This document shows, in pieces, positions 52,026 through 64,000 of a stretch of 64,000 bases of DNA; the stretch's first letter is position 1; each line of letters opens with the position of its first letter. The position numbers and the translations under genes were made by a program. A model generated the notes under the pieces. That model did no database searches, was not told the DNA's origin, and saw nothing but the letters and a program-made list of their open reading frames with translations. The DNA comes from Paragordius varius. Taxonomy: Eukaryota; Animalia; Nematomorpha. The DNA lies in contig OZ176053.1 of the NCBI GenBank assembly GCA_964247055.1, positions 3,968,001 through 4,032,000 on the forward strand. Reading direction: 5' to 3'.

Positions 52026-55000
52026 TTATTTTCTTTTTTTACGCCGACTTTTAATTTCCTTATATTTGGTACGAATACTGTCTTCCATGTCATCTAACAT
52101 AGAAACAAAATCATCATTTTTGTGCAATTTTTGCGTAGTGATTGCATCAGAAATATCACCTTTTGGGCTTTTATGCTTAAGTTCCTTACAAATCTTTTCT
52201 TCAATGGGGGATTCTTCAATAAACGATGTGCCCAATATATCACAACTCTCCCTAAAATAAAAAGTTATATCATTTTGTTTTAAAAATCAATGAAATTTTT
52301 TGACCATCCTGACAACGTTTGATGTGATACAAATCGAAATTAACCTTTTAATTATAATTATAATAGAAAGGTGATATCTTTTTATAAATTTCATATACCA
52401 TATAAATTAATTTATGTGCTATTACTAAAATTTCTAAAACATTTCAAAAAAAGAAAAGTATATAAATTGTTTAATTAAATTTTTACCATTCAATATATTT
52501 TCCTGCCTTTAGGCATTTATGTATCCAATCCGTTTTTATTACGTTGTGCGTATGTGCAGCAATAAAATTATTGACTTTAACATTCATTTTGCCAGCTATA
52601 ACACAAGTCGTTCGCGGACCTAGGCAAGAATATCAAATAAAGCATATTTTTATTACAATAAAAAATGATATATTTAAAAAAATGTTTGAATCGGTCCAAC
52701 ACAAATGGCATCGCGGGCCGCATTAGAAATTATATAGGCATTCATAAATATTTTTAGATCACAACCATAAGACTGTAAAAATGCAAAAACAATATAGCTA
52801 CTTGATATTTCAAGAATTTTTTCGCGCTGAAATAGAAAGACTTAGTCAGAAATGTAAATAGTTTACTAAATTTTATTGGCATATTTTGCAAATTATGGAA
52901 TTTCGTTTTCATTTAGGTTTTTCCAAATTTTGCGGAAGCCGCACATAATCTGGAAGGGTTGCATGTTAGACATCCCTAGAATAATAAACCTGTTTCGATT
53001 TGCTTCACTTTTTTATGTATAATTTATGTTATTTCGGGACACAATTGTTAAGATAAGGGTAAAATTTTATAATTTATTAGGTAAAAATATGTACCACAGT
53101 AAATTTTGGCTCTCAAATTAATTAAGCAAATTTAATATATAGAAAATAATTATATAATTTTAAAATGTAGAAACCTGGAGATTGTGTTATGGCAGCGCCA
53201 TTTTCTAAACATAACTTCTCAATTTGGGCCTTGCTGCTATCTTCATCCCCAGTTACTATGTAAAATTCTTTTCCCTCAAATATGTCAGATTTCTGTATTA
53301 AAATCAAATAATTAATTTTGATTTGAATACATTGTTTTTATACTAGCATTTCTGATTGTCACATCTTATATATAATACAGCTTGAAAATCGGTATTTGTG
53401 GAAAAATATTAAATGCCTTACACACCTGAATAATATGTAAATTTGATGCATTTGATGATGCATTATACAATAAGGGTTTAGCTGATTGGATTAAACTGCG
53501 TTTTCGTTTACGACCACTATGTTTTGCTCCGTCAGGTTTATGAAAATCATTGAAACCGCCATTATTTTCATTCTTTTTATGATTAAAACTGTTGGGAGTA
53601 AACACATCCAAACCAACTTGTAAATCATTGTTGCCTTCGGCATTGAGATCATAAGATTGGGAATTTCGTTTTTCCAATTCATCAAACGAATCATTATCAA
53701 TTAAATTCTCTTCTAATAGTTTAAATTTAATAAATTGAAACATTTAACCTATTTTATTTATACATGCGCCATAATTATATTACAGTATGCATTTTAATGG
53801 TTGCTTATTTCACACTATAGTCTGGCAATTTAACACAGAAATGTACGTAAAAAAACAACAAAATGTTGAATAAATAATTTACTTTTTTTCCATACACTAC
53901 TGTGTGACAAATGCCCAACTATAGTGTGAAATATGCAACCATTAAAATGCATACTGCTAACAAAAAAGAAAGGGGTACTGGACTTTAAGTTAATAAAATT
54001 AAAGATTATTTCCTAAAAGTTATATTCATTAATAATATCAAACAACAATATATCAAATGTTTATGGTTGGTTTATGTATTGCTTATGAGCATTAATATTG
54101 CGAACATGATATAATAGAAAATAATAAATTGTTCTTTTATAAAAACAATGCTTTGTCTTACATAATTATTTTTGACGCTAAATTATTTGGTCTGTAGATG
54201 CCTTTAAAAAAATTAATATGCTCCCCAATAAATACCTTCAGAGTCATTATTAATAGTTAACGATGATCTTAGATTATGTTTGGCATCCTCATATGGTTTA
54301 TATATATTGATAGATTTTTTGCTATCTGGCATATTATGGTGCTTGTATAATCGATACGGTATATATTTTAAGCTTTTTGCCGGACTGGTACTAGATGTGG
54401 CTTTATTATTAGTATTTGATTGCTTCAATGTATTAGCCATTGCCTTTGCTTTATCTTGCATACTTTGCTAAAATCAAAACAAAATTTATATAATTTTTCA
54501 TAATAATTAACAGTATTAATTAATAAATTTTAGTTTGGATTAAAAACTAAATACTATTGCGCATACATACTATAATAAATAAATAATAGGAAAAATGTTT
54601 ATAATTCAAATTGGTCACACACACACACACACATTTAATTCACATAAATGTCTTTAAACATAAACTCACATAAATGAAAAATTACTTGGCCCAATTCGAT
54701 AATATCTTGAAAGGTCATGGCGTCTTGCCAATCCTTATCCACTCTATATCGCTCCAGTTTGGGATATTTAAATCGTATGTACGTATTATTGGGTGTTAAT
54801 TGAGAAATATTCTTTTCTGAAAAAAATTATTTTAACATATGGCCTACATAACCATTATTAATTTATTATATTGGTTTATTTAAAAAACCATTGGAATTAT
54901 AAATATTTCAAAAAGTGTGGAATAAATTTTAAAAAACAAATATACTCAAAATTATTTATACCATCTAACTGATCAAGTTCATCAGCATTCTCAACCATAT

Positions 55001-58000
55001 CATCAATGGCAATTACGGATGAATCAGTTATTTCAGAAATTAATTCTTGAGAAGGTTCAAATCTTAAATAAGGATCATTCATAAGGTTTTGGGTTGCATC
55101 TGTTTTCTCGTGCATTTTTTCACGAGAGTCTTTATTTTTGCCCTTAATAAGATCATTTAATGCCGGTCGATTTTCATCGAGTATTAGGGCCTCCTCTTGA
55201 CTATCCTGTAACAATAAATTAGCTTTATTGTCGTCGTCTGATGTGTTCATATTTTTCTCTTTAATTTTAGATTTCCTCCCCTTATTTAACTTTCTATTGG
55301 TGGAATAATCATTCATTGACCTTAAACTAATGTTTGCCGCTTTAATTTGAACAACATGAGAATGGTACCAAGGATCTTTAATGACAAAGTGTGGCTGATA
55401 CCTTCGTAAATTCCATAAAACTTTATTTGGCCGGCTGGTATGATTATTTATTAAATTTTTTGCATGTGTTTCGTATTTATCATTATTTTTATTGGTGGGT
55501 ATATTTAACGAGGACATGTAATGACTGATTGAACAAATTTTGTTTGATGTCGTAATTTGAACTAAATTTTCGTAGAAATCAGAGTTTGCATAACCAGAAC
55601 CAACCTTTCATATAAAATATAATTATGTAGGATTCGAAGCTTTCATCATAAAAAGGTAAATACTAAATAGTTAAAAAATTGACAAAAAAAATTGATCTGT
55701 CCCGCTTATAAATAAAGTTGTTTCAATCCATCATATGCTTAAATATTATTAAATATTAGTAACAATGAAAAAAGATTTCAGATTCTTTTGCATTAAATTC
55801 ATTATTTTTCGTATAATTTACTGTATAACACCCGATAACTATATATTCAAAATTTTTATTGGCATTATCAAAAGCGGTCACAGTCACTATATAACAGCTT
55901 TTTTAACCCTAGTTACGATGAACTAAATATTTATAGAAAATTTGTCATAAAATAATTATAATAAAATGTTACCACGCATATAGGCAAAAAATCATTGCTG
56001 GAATAATTTCCATCTTTTCCATCGTAATCGATGATACGGACACCGCAAACTAAATGACTAACTACACTATGAGGATCTGAGATCAATGGTTCTATTTAGA
56101 GCGCATATAAAATGGGATATGATATGATATCTAAAAATACTCTATTAATTCGTCTTAATCTAAATCTCAAAGGTAAGTACTCTTATATCCCCAGACAAAT
56201 AATAAACCAGCAAATTGATTTGTATTTTCGATTTTTTACGTTTTTAGTAAACTTGGCCACAATAATATATTTGGATACATATGTATAGCCTAATCTCAGC
56301 TTCTCATATCCCCAGAATAATGATAAATTACCAGCATATCGGTTTCTATGTTTTTAGTTTGACGTGTTTATAATAACCACGTAATCCAAATAATTAAAGT
56401 ACCGTATTAATATTGTCCTAATATTAATCAAAATTGTAAATTATTCGTAAATCGGTTGAACTACCAGCGAAATCCGGCCGACCGCATACTCAAGGCTCAG
56501 CACAATAACAAAAGACCTCGAATCGCTTAATTTAAATCTAGAATCAGCCAGATAAATAAAAGATCGGAAAAAACGGGTGTACCGTCATTTAATGGAGAAT
56601 CTCCATACAAATGAATGATAATGATGAATGAAATATTAGATATTAAATTACCAGCAGATCGGTTTCTATGTTTCGATTTAGTTTGACGGGGTTGTTTATA
56701 ATAACCACCCAAGATAATGAGATCCAGGCTATCAAGCAAACCATGAACGTAATATGGTTTCAGTTTAAACCAACCGGCATTTGTTCTCCCATTAGGGGTG
56801 TAAATAGAGCTTGAGTCCTTTAGCATTAGGCCTTCTTCATGAGCTTCTATGGCTTGGCTCAAACTAACCAAAACTTCAGCCCTAAATATCGATTTGTGAG
56901 AAAAGAAAGATAGGCATAAAAAATTTTATACAAAATTTCGGACGAAATGCTCTTTGATACAAAAATTTTTGTTCATAGGCTTTTTGCCAAAATTTATATA
57001 GAATATTTTGAAAAAGTAAAACTCTTTGCCTGATAAAATATCATAACTTTTAATATTATGATGGGCGAGAAGAGTATATAAAACAGTGAAGTAATCACGT
57101 AAAACCGAAACTAGAGACAAAAAAGATAACTAGAAACCGTAAAAACTGTTTCGGTTTCATTTTTTGGGTTTAATATAAAATGTATAATTACTCGCTTTTA
57201 GCTTTCCAAAAAGGCACTATAACAAATCGAGTAGGTAACGGTTTAAATTTGGTTTGAAGCAATTCTTTGCGTCGACTCAAGGGTTGTGATGTAAGGACAC
57301 AACCATTCAAATAGAGTAAATCAAAGGCACAATAACAAGGGGTGTACTCACTTCCCTCCAAAATGTGTTTAACGTCAAAAAATAAACCCTTGTGTCCTGT
57401 GTTTAAAGTAGGAAAAATAATAAATATCCAATCCTAAAAACGGTCATTACAAAAGAAAACAGATCCATTTTTATCAATTAATATTGTCTATTATAAATGC
57501 TTTAAAAGGCAAATATAAATTATAAAGTAAACAAGTTTCGGAAAGAGAATCATTATATTTTTATAACAATAAGCACACATTCAATCGAGAGTATAGGTAT
57601 ATTTACCACTTGTTTTTTATTTTTTAAATAGGATAAGAAGACATTAGTTATATATTAAATATTTAATTTTTTATTGCTAACATACATTATATTCCGAAAC
57701 ATATCCATTTCATCTTTAAGTTAATAAATTATTTATTTATAATAAAATAGAGTTAATAAAAATTTATATTCACATATTAATAATGTTTAAAATTAGGTTA
57801 AGAGTAAAAATATATTATAAACCAAATGATTGAGTAGGTTGGTGCCAACCTACCATTTCTCCATCCAAAATGCAAGAATCAACGTTAAGACCAAAACATT
57901 CCGCAATACTGGGCGTAAAAAGTCCTTTTAATTAATACAGCATTGAGAAATTAATATACATTTTTAAGATACATCTTCAAATTTATTTAAGATGAAATAT

Positions 58001-61000
58001 TAAATGGTAAAAAGACTAGAAATATATTTAGAAGCAAGAAATATTTTTTCCGTTGTTTCGGTAACAAGGCATTATTAAAAACTCAAAAGCTTCTCCATAA
58101 CATTATCTAACAATATATTAATACTTTAAACGTCCTCCTGCCTATAATTAACTTATAATTTAAATTTAAAAATGGCAAATAAACTTTTTTATTTTTATCT
58201 TTAAATCTTAATAAAAAAAATATTAAAATAATTCGATTAATTTTATACTTTTGATAAAACTTTAGGCCATCAAACAGGTTTACATCAAAATAACCTGATT
58301 AACCCTTATTAAACTTGGGCGTTCAACATATATAATGGAAACAAAACTATTTGGCTATTAATAAATTATATTTTGGTTAAAATTGAACTGAAAATCAAAC
58401 AATATTTTTTTATTACGAATTAGTACCGTTATATAATTGAGAATTAGAGATCATATTCATAATATTTTGCATAAATATTTTTAAAGCCTTATATAAAATA
58501 ATATTCAAAATAGCTACATACCTTCATATTTGTTAGGTCCATAAGATGCTGTATAATCAAATCCTCTAAATATATATATTAAGTTATTATATAAAATAAA
58601 TGCTTTAATTTACCACTATTGACTATGGTTTGGCCTTTATATATTTATTATATGTTTGTTAATAGGAAAAACACTTTTAACTTATGCTACATAATATTTC
58701 ACATATACCATTTATTGAAATTCACCCTTGAACAATTCACACCCTTGAACAATTCAAATTCACCTTCGAACAATTCAAATTAACCCTTAAACAATTCAAA
58801 TTCACCCTTGAACAATTCGAATTCACCCTAAAAATATATTATGTTTTTTTCAGACTAATATAACTCATCATTAATAAGAAATATATTATGGCTAAGTTTA
58901 TTATTTTTTCGGTATTATACTTTAATTTTAAACGAAATTTCATATAAAAATATAGGTAATTTTTAATTTTAAGGCCATATTTTATTTTAGTAGAATTTGA
59001 ATTGTTCAAGGGTCGATTTGAATTGTTTAAAGGTGAATTTGAATAGTTCATGGGTAAATTCGATTTGTTCAAGGGTGAAATTGAACTGTACAGAGTACAT
59101 ATATTAATAGTCTAAGGATGATTATTTTGTCAGTTTTAGGTGAATTTTTTTGAAAAAAGAGGTTAAATGTCATACAATAGAAATCAATGCAATAAACAAA
59201 AATCCGCCAGAGTATAATTTTTTTATCCCCTTAAACCTTTTAATTAATATTAACAACACCTAATAAAGCTGTAATCGATGATAATTCTATCTACGGAAAT
59301 AGGGGTTTAACTTTATTTTTAAAATATTATATATTTTTGTTTTTGCGCTATATAGTTTCGTATATGTCATTTAAATTTTTCTTTGAATTAAAAGCTATGC
59401 TTTATTTTATCTAAAAAGTTAATTCTTCTGAAACGTACAAAGTTAATCCCAAATTTAACACATACCTTCTGGAAAAATAACGAAATCCTTCCTTAGAATC
59501 ATAATGTATTTGCATCCTTTCTCCATCAAATTTGGTTTCCACAATAAAACCACCATCTACTGTTAAAATAAATATTTAGTTTATATATCCCACAATCTAT
59601 ACTTTTTTATAATCATAAAACTTTTTCAACGAAGCTCTCCTTTTAAGCATATAAAAAAGCGTACTCTTAATGAACGAGCACCAAAGAATATTTAATTTAA
59701 CCAAATATTGGAAAATTAAATAAAGCTAAAAAATCACATCAAGATCAAGGGACAATTGTAATGCTTAAAATAATTTTAAATAAAGTAGAGAATTAATAAT
59801 TCGTATAAATGAAAAAGTGTTAATTTAAAGGTTTAAAAAATTTGATTAAAAAGGTGCAATGACAGTAATGAGAATTGGTGAATACCTTTTTGTGAAAAAC
59901 TCTCCCTCAGTAACCCAAAGATGGATATGTGTGATGATCGTTCAGCCAGCATTGGCTTAAAAGGGGTGAATAATTCAATATTAATTTCATGTAGCCGTGT
60001 TTCCGGATCCCGAAGTTTGAGACATATCTGCGAATATTTTAAATATTTTTAACTGACATTGTGTAAAATATTATAATAACTCCAATAGCCAAAAATTTTA
60101 AGGCGGATTTAATCGAAGAAAAAATTTCTAAAACCAAAAAAGTATAACATATATACTATTTGATTTATATGGTGGTCCTTGAATACTTAAATTAGTACTT
60201 ATAATCTGTACTGTACTCTATTTTTATTGTATAAATTTATCTATTTACATTTTTTTACCTATTATATCTAATATTAATTTTAGAAAAAAGAGTTATATCT
60301 ATGGAATTTTTTAAATATTTTTAAAGCAAAAACTTACTTTCTCAAGGTCATTGCTAACGTTAAAGAGCGCAATAGCATCTGGATGTATTAAAGTTAGGAG
60401 GGTTGAATGATTCAAAGAGACAATATTACCTTGACGCAGAATAATTCGTATTACCCATTTTTGTTCCAAGGCTGATAGATGACGAACGAGATAGAGAATA
60501 TTTTTGATAACCAAATCTGATAAATTGATATTTTCAAAAAAATTACCAATCATGAGACTCATATATACGGATATAAACATAATATTATCGTTAATTATTA
60601 AGAAAATTAACACTAGTTATTAAAACGACAACTTTTTTAGTATTTCTTCGAATTAAATTATTTATATGATTGCGAACGAATTTTTAAAAAAAGTTGGGTT
60701 GCTATTTTTTCGTAAAAAGTCCCTATTAATTTATTTTGATAGAATGTAAAACATGCACACCCTATGCGCTAAAAAATAATAAAAATAAATAACTTAAAAA
60801 TTAAAATAATAATTTGGAACCGTTTTTACCAACAAAGCGCCATCATACCGTTTCCATTCCTCACTTAATTATAAATAGGAATAATATCATAAATATTTTT
60901 AAATTTCAAATACCTTTATTTTTGGTAGCCTTGTTTATAGCAATGTTATCCAAAATACCATTCACCTCCTCAATACTTAGGGAACCATGTTCGGCACAGC

Positions 61001-61495
61001 GGTTCTTTAAAACCTCGTATGCAATATCTGCAAAATCATTCGAATCCTGTCAAGCAGTGTAAAAATAATATATAAACTTTAATGTGTTCGCGATAATGCA
61101 TTAATTTTTGTGCATCCATACTTTTGGGACCCAAACTGAGAGCTTTAATATATAGGTGAGCTAATGTCAACTGTATGTTAAAATAATAAAAAGGTACCTC
61201 CTTTACGCCATAAGCCACTCTTTCCCTTTCATAATCTGGTATAATTAGCCTGAGTATAGGATAAAAAGAATCATCGGTCTTAAATATATCATCAAAATAA
61301 ATACATACGCTTTTCAAATCATTTTTGTGAAGAAACTTAAAGTATGTTCTCCATGCATATATAAATTTCAAAAATAATAATTTTCGAAGCTTAATATCCT
61401 TTGTGGTTTTAAGTTTTTCGAGCAGCTCAGCCAAATCATAAAAGGGAATTTTACCGGCAACAGATCTAAATATTAAATATTAATTACAAAGTCAT
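52026..61495 (-). CDS. LIG4: DNA ligase IV, at least 20 exons, 3' end uncertain; exons 61495-61488, 61465-61309, 61278-61198, 61170-61078, 61046-60914, 60516-60338, 60027-59886, 59559-59466, 58565-58522, 57924-57823, 57396-57192, 56881-56652, 56091-55973, 55604-54962, 54816-54686, 54467-54236, 53712-53426, 53292-53175, 52619-52487, 52251-52026
   Basis: [29 protein letters not shown], motif [53 protein letters not shown] and BRCT1 ([25 protein letters not shown]). Phases are consistent throughout. A second BRCT domain was not resolved. Confidence 0.9.
58718..59090. repeat. Inverted pair of 21-bp minisatellite arrays (unit AAATTCACCCTTGAACAATTC) in a LIG4 intron
   Basis: About 5-6 direct units at 58718-58830 and about 4-5 reverse-complement units at 58994-59090. 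Confidence 0.85.
61047..61487 (-). other. Four consecutive micro-introns in LIG4: 61466-61487 (22), 61279-61308 (30), 61171-61197 (27), 61047-61077 (31 nt)
   Basis: All are GT..AG on the - strand. Removal yields [16 protein letters not shown]|TDDSFYP, YGVKE|LTLAHLY and HIK|[10 protein letters not shown], which fit LIG4. Confidence 0.85.
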
Positions 61496-61961
61496 GTTGG
61501 TTATTTGAAAACGACATATGGAGTTTAATCTTAAAGAGCCCACATCTGTACTTAATAAAAAAGTTTGACCATCCGACAGTCCATGTTTTGCAATACTTGG
61601 CGATTTTTCACAACTTCAGATAGGATTACTAAATTAGTTATCATATAAATTACTATGATAATTCCCGCCGAATCTTTTAGTTGTTTAATTGGTCTTTTTT
61701 AAAATTGTTTAAGCAAGCACTGTTCTATATTCATTTAGTGTCATTTACAGTCAATTCAGATTTGGGGGTATTTATTACAAATCAAACAAAATAATCTTAA
61801 AAAGTTTATAAGGTATTATGATTTTAAAATTATGACTTTAATTTTTTAGGCGCATTTAACAAACAAGTTTTTAAAAATTGTAAAAAAACCTCATGTCAAA
61901 TTTTGCCCCATTTTTTTCTTTGAATTTATTTACGCCAATATAGGCAAATAAACTTTAATAA

Positions 61962-62528
61962 CACTTCGATTTAAATTGGGGTATCTAATACCCCAGACTA
62001 AATTTAAATTAGAATTTTAAAAAACTACTGAATGAAACGGTCCCAATTTAAATTTATGCTTCTATCCTGATAAAAATTATATAAATATGCCAATATATCT
62101 TCATAAAATTTTGTTAAAACCATCTCAAACTATTTCGACGCCATTTTTTTAAAAAAATTTTTTGCAAAATATCGTCTTCATTTAATTTTAAGGGTAAAAC
62201 TAAAGCTAAATTTTAATATAAATTACATCTAACATTGATAAAAATACAAAAAGCGGTTTATTGTGTATTTTTTTTAAATTTGCCATTTGACACATGTCAC
62301 GTTGACGAAATTTTACCTTTAGGTTTTAGCTTAAAATATTTAATATCAAATATTTTTGGATAAATTTTTTTTTAAATTTAGGTTTATTTATGTTATATAA
62401 GTGCAAAATTTTGCCATGGTTGCGATTCCTTCCATACTTTTTAAAGTATTTGATTTTAAACAAGCCTGGGGTATCCAACTACCCCAATTTGAATCAAAGG
62501 ACTAAAATGAGTGTGTTGTATCCAAGTG
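61962..62528 (-). mobile_element. piggyBac-like MITE, inverted copy of 20930-21499 (567 bp)
   Basis: Reverse-complement colinear with copy 1. Flanks are ATAA|CACTT...AAGTG|TTAA. Confidence 0.75.
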
Positions 62529-63039
62529 TTAAGCTTTCAAGTTGCATGTGCAAAAGCCAGATAATTATATCTTTAAAAAAGTGTTTAGTTTAATCGGGTT
62601 TGGAGTTGTCAATGCTTTTTATCAAATATAGGGAAAAAAGGTTTGATAATCTAACTTTTAATCAAAATACTATAAAAACTGTAGTTTATTTACAAGATTG
62701 ACCTCCGGTAAATATAAATACCTCAATATGTAATTGCGCACAAAAAAGTGAAAGATCATCAAGTGTTAATGAGAGGATGCGCTTTTTGCTATATTTCGGT
62801 TTTTTCCTGCTCCCTGCTATTTTTTACATAATAGTTTTATGGGTTTTTTAGTGCGAAGTTGTTGGGTTTTGGTGGCTCCCTCTCATATGTATGATTACAT
62901 TTACAGTTAATCACATCTTCTTTTAGACTTTGTAAGTTGACTCTTTTTTGTTTCTGCCTCTCGTTACCAGTCTTTAATTACATGGACTTAATCATATGTT
63001 ATTTAGGCTAGTCCGGTTTGCTCACAAAATAATATTAAG

Positions 63040-63360
63040 CTTTAGACTTACAATTAACGGTGAGCCATGGACTCATATTGAAACACATATCATGTCCTTG
63101 CAAATATACTATACAGACAATAATCCTTACTGAATATCTCAAACTCAAATACAAAAAACACCTACCACCTCTTTATCATTATACAGTATGATGAAACTAC
63201 CGCATTCTCTCCAATCACCGTTTCTTTTTTCCCATAATAATTTCGAATCCATCACAAACAGTTTTTGCTTTTTGTAGACTGCGTAAAGAAGTGTTCTTTT
63301 CATGACATTGGCAACCATATATTTGGTGAAATACCTCTATATAAAGCAATAATATGATGG
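63040..63360 (-). mobile_element. Possible decayed Tc1-like transposase fragment
   Basis: Broken frames give LFVMDSKLLWEKRNG, HTV...RGG and FQYESMAH, weakly recalling the Tc1 DDE region. Confidence 0.3.
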
Positions 63361-64000
63361 CTTCACTTCTTGACTTCTAAAAAGAGTGTGAACAAAAACC
63401 TTAACTAGTTTTTGGATAAAAATTACCTGAAAATTTAATTATTAATTATTTCAACGTAATTTATTTATTTTAAGTAGTTTTAATATAGTAGTTTCTATTA
63501 TTGTTTTCATACAATCAACATTTAAAAAAATATTTGTTATCTCGCTCAGTGAAAATCGACTCTAATATTCAACTGGTTGTGTCTGGTATTGCTTTAATAA
63601 ATTAAACAAAATATGCTTGATAATTCTGAACGCATTTGTATGAAATTTAAATCATTTTTAGTTTCACATCATTAGAAAGTCCGAATTAATCCTAAAAATA
63701 TATATAGTGTTTTGGTCTTTAAACATTGATATATTGTTGGCATAGTTTAACAATTTTTCGGGATTCGATAATTTGTAAATTTTTATATTTTAAAAAATAC
63801 AGGTTTCTAATTTTAATATATCAATGTTGATTTGAAATCGAGACATAATAATAAAAATACTTGGATTTTTTAGTATAGAAAAATAATAAAAACAATCATT
63901 GACATGTTGTTAGATAAAGAACAAGAAATGTATGTTAATAAATATTTAATCACAATTATAAGTTGATAGAAATTAGAAACACATAGACCGAAAATTTTTG

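Noticed and set aside
52770-52980. Candidate extra LIG4 exon(s) between the two BRCT1 exons
   Set aside because: The frame hits a stop and lacks similarity. Exons 53292-53175 and 52619-52487 join in phase and match BRCT1 without it.
56450-56530. GC-rich intronic patch resembling a tRNA or snoRNA
   Set aside because: I could not build a cloverleaf or find paired C/D or H/ACA boxes. An Infernal/Rfam scan would settle it.
58718-58830. CRISPR-like direct repeats
   Set aside because: Units are contiguous with no unique spacers, the context is a eukaryotic intron and there are no cas genes.

Overview
Very AT-rich eukaryotic genomic DNA from an animal. The gene content looks invertebrate, but the taxon cannot be assigned from sequence alone. 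Hand-spliced models with consistent exon phases give seven host genes: a 5'-partial adiponectin receptor (+), three single-ORF genes (rhodopsin-class peptide GPCR -, bestrophin +, secreted precursor-like protein -), a 12-exon ALDH1/2-type aldehyde dehydrogenase (+), a 14-exon macoilin expanded to about 1,620 aa (+) and an intron-rich DNA ligase IV (-). The rest is mostly transposon-derived. It includes a full-length but disabled Ty3/Gypsy element (294-bp LTRs, GGCAG TSD) nested in a Tc1-like element, a non-autonomous Helitron with both termini, TTAA-flanked piggyBac-like MITEs and foldback structures. The standout signal is 12 GT-AG introns of only 22-34 nt in ALDH, macoilin and LIG4. All lie within about 0.8 kb of the start codon, while introns further downstream in the same genes are 85-1,305 nt. 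This 5'-polarised micro-intron architecture is the best candidate here for undescribed biology. All gene models come from manual translation and recalled family motifs; no database search or RNA evidence was available.
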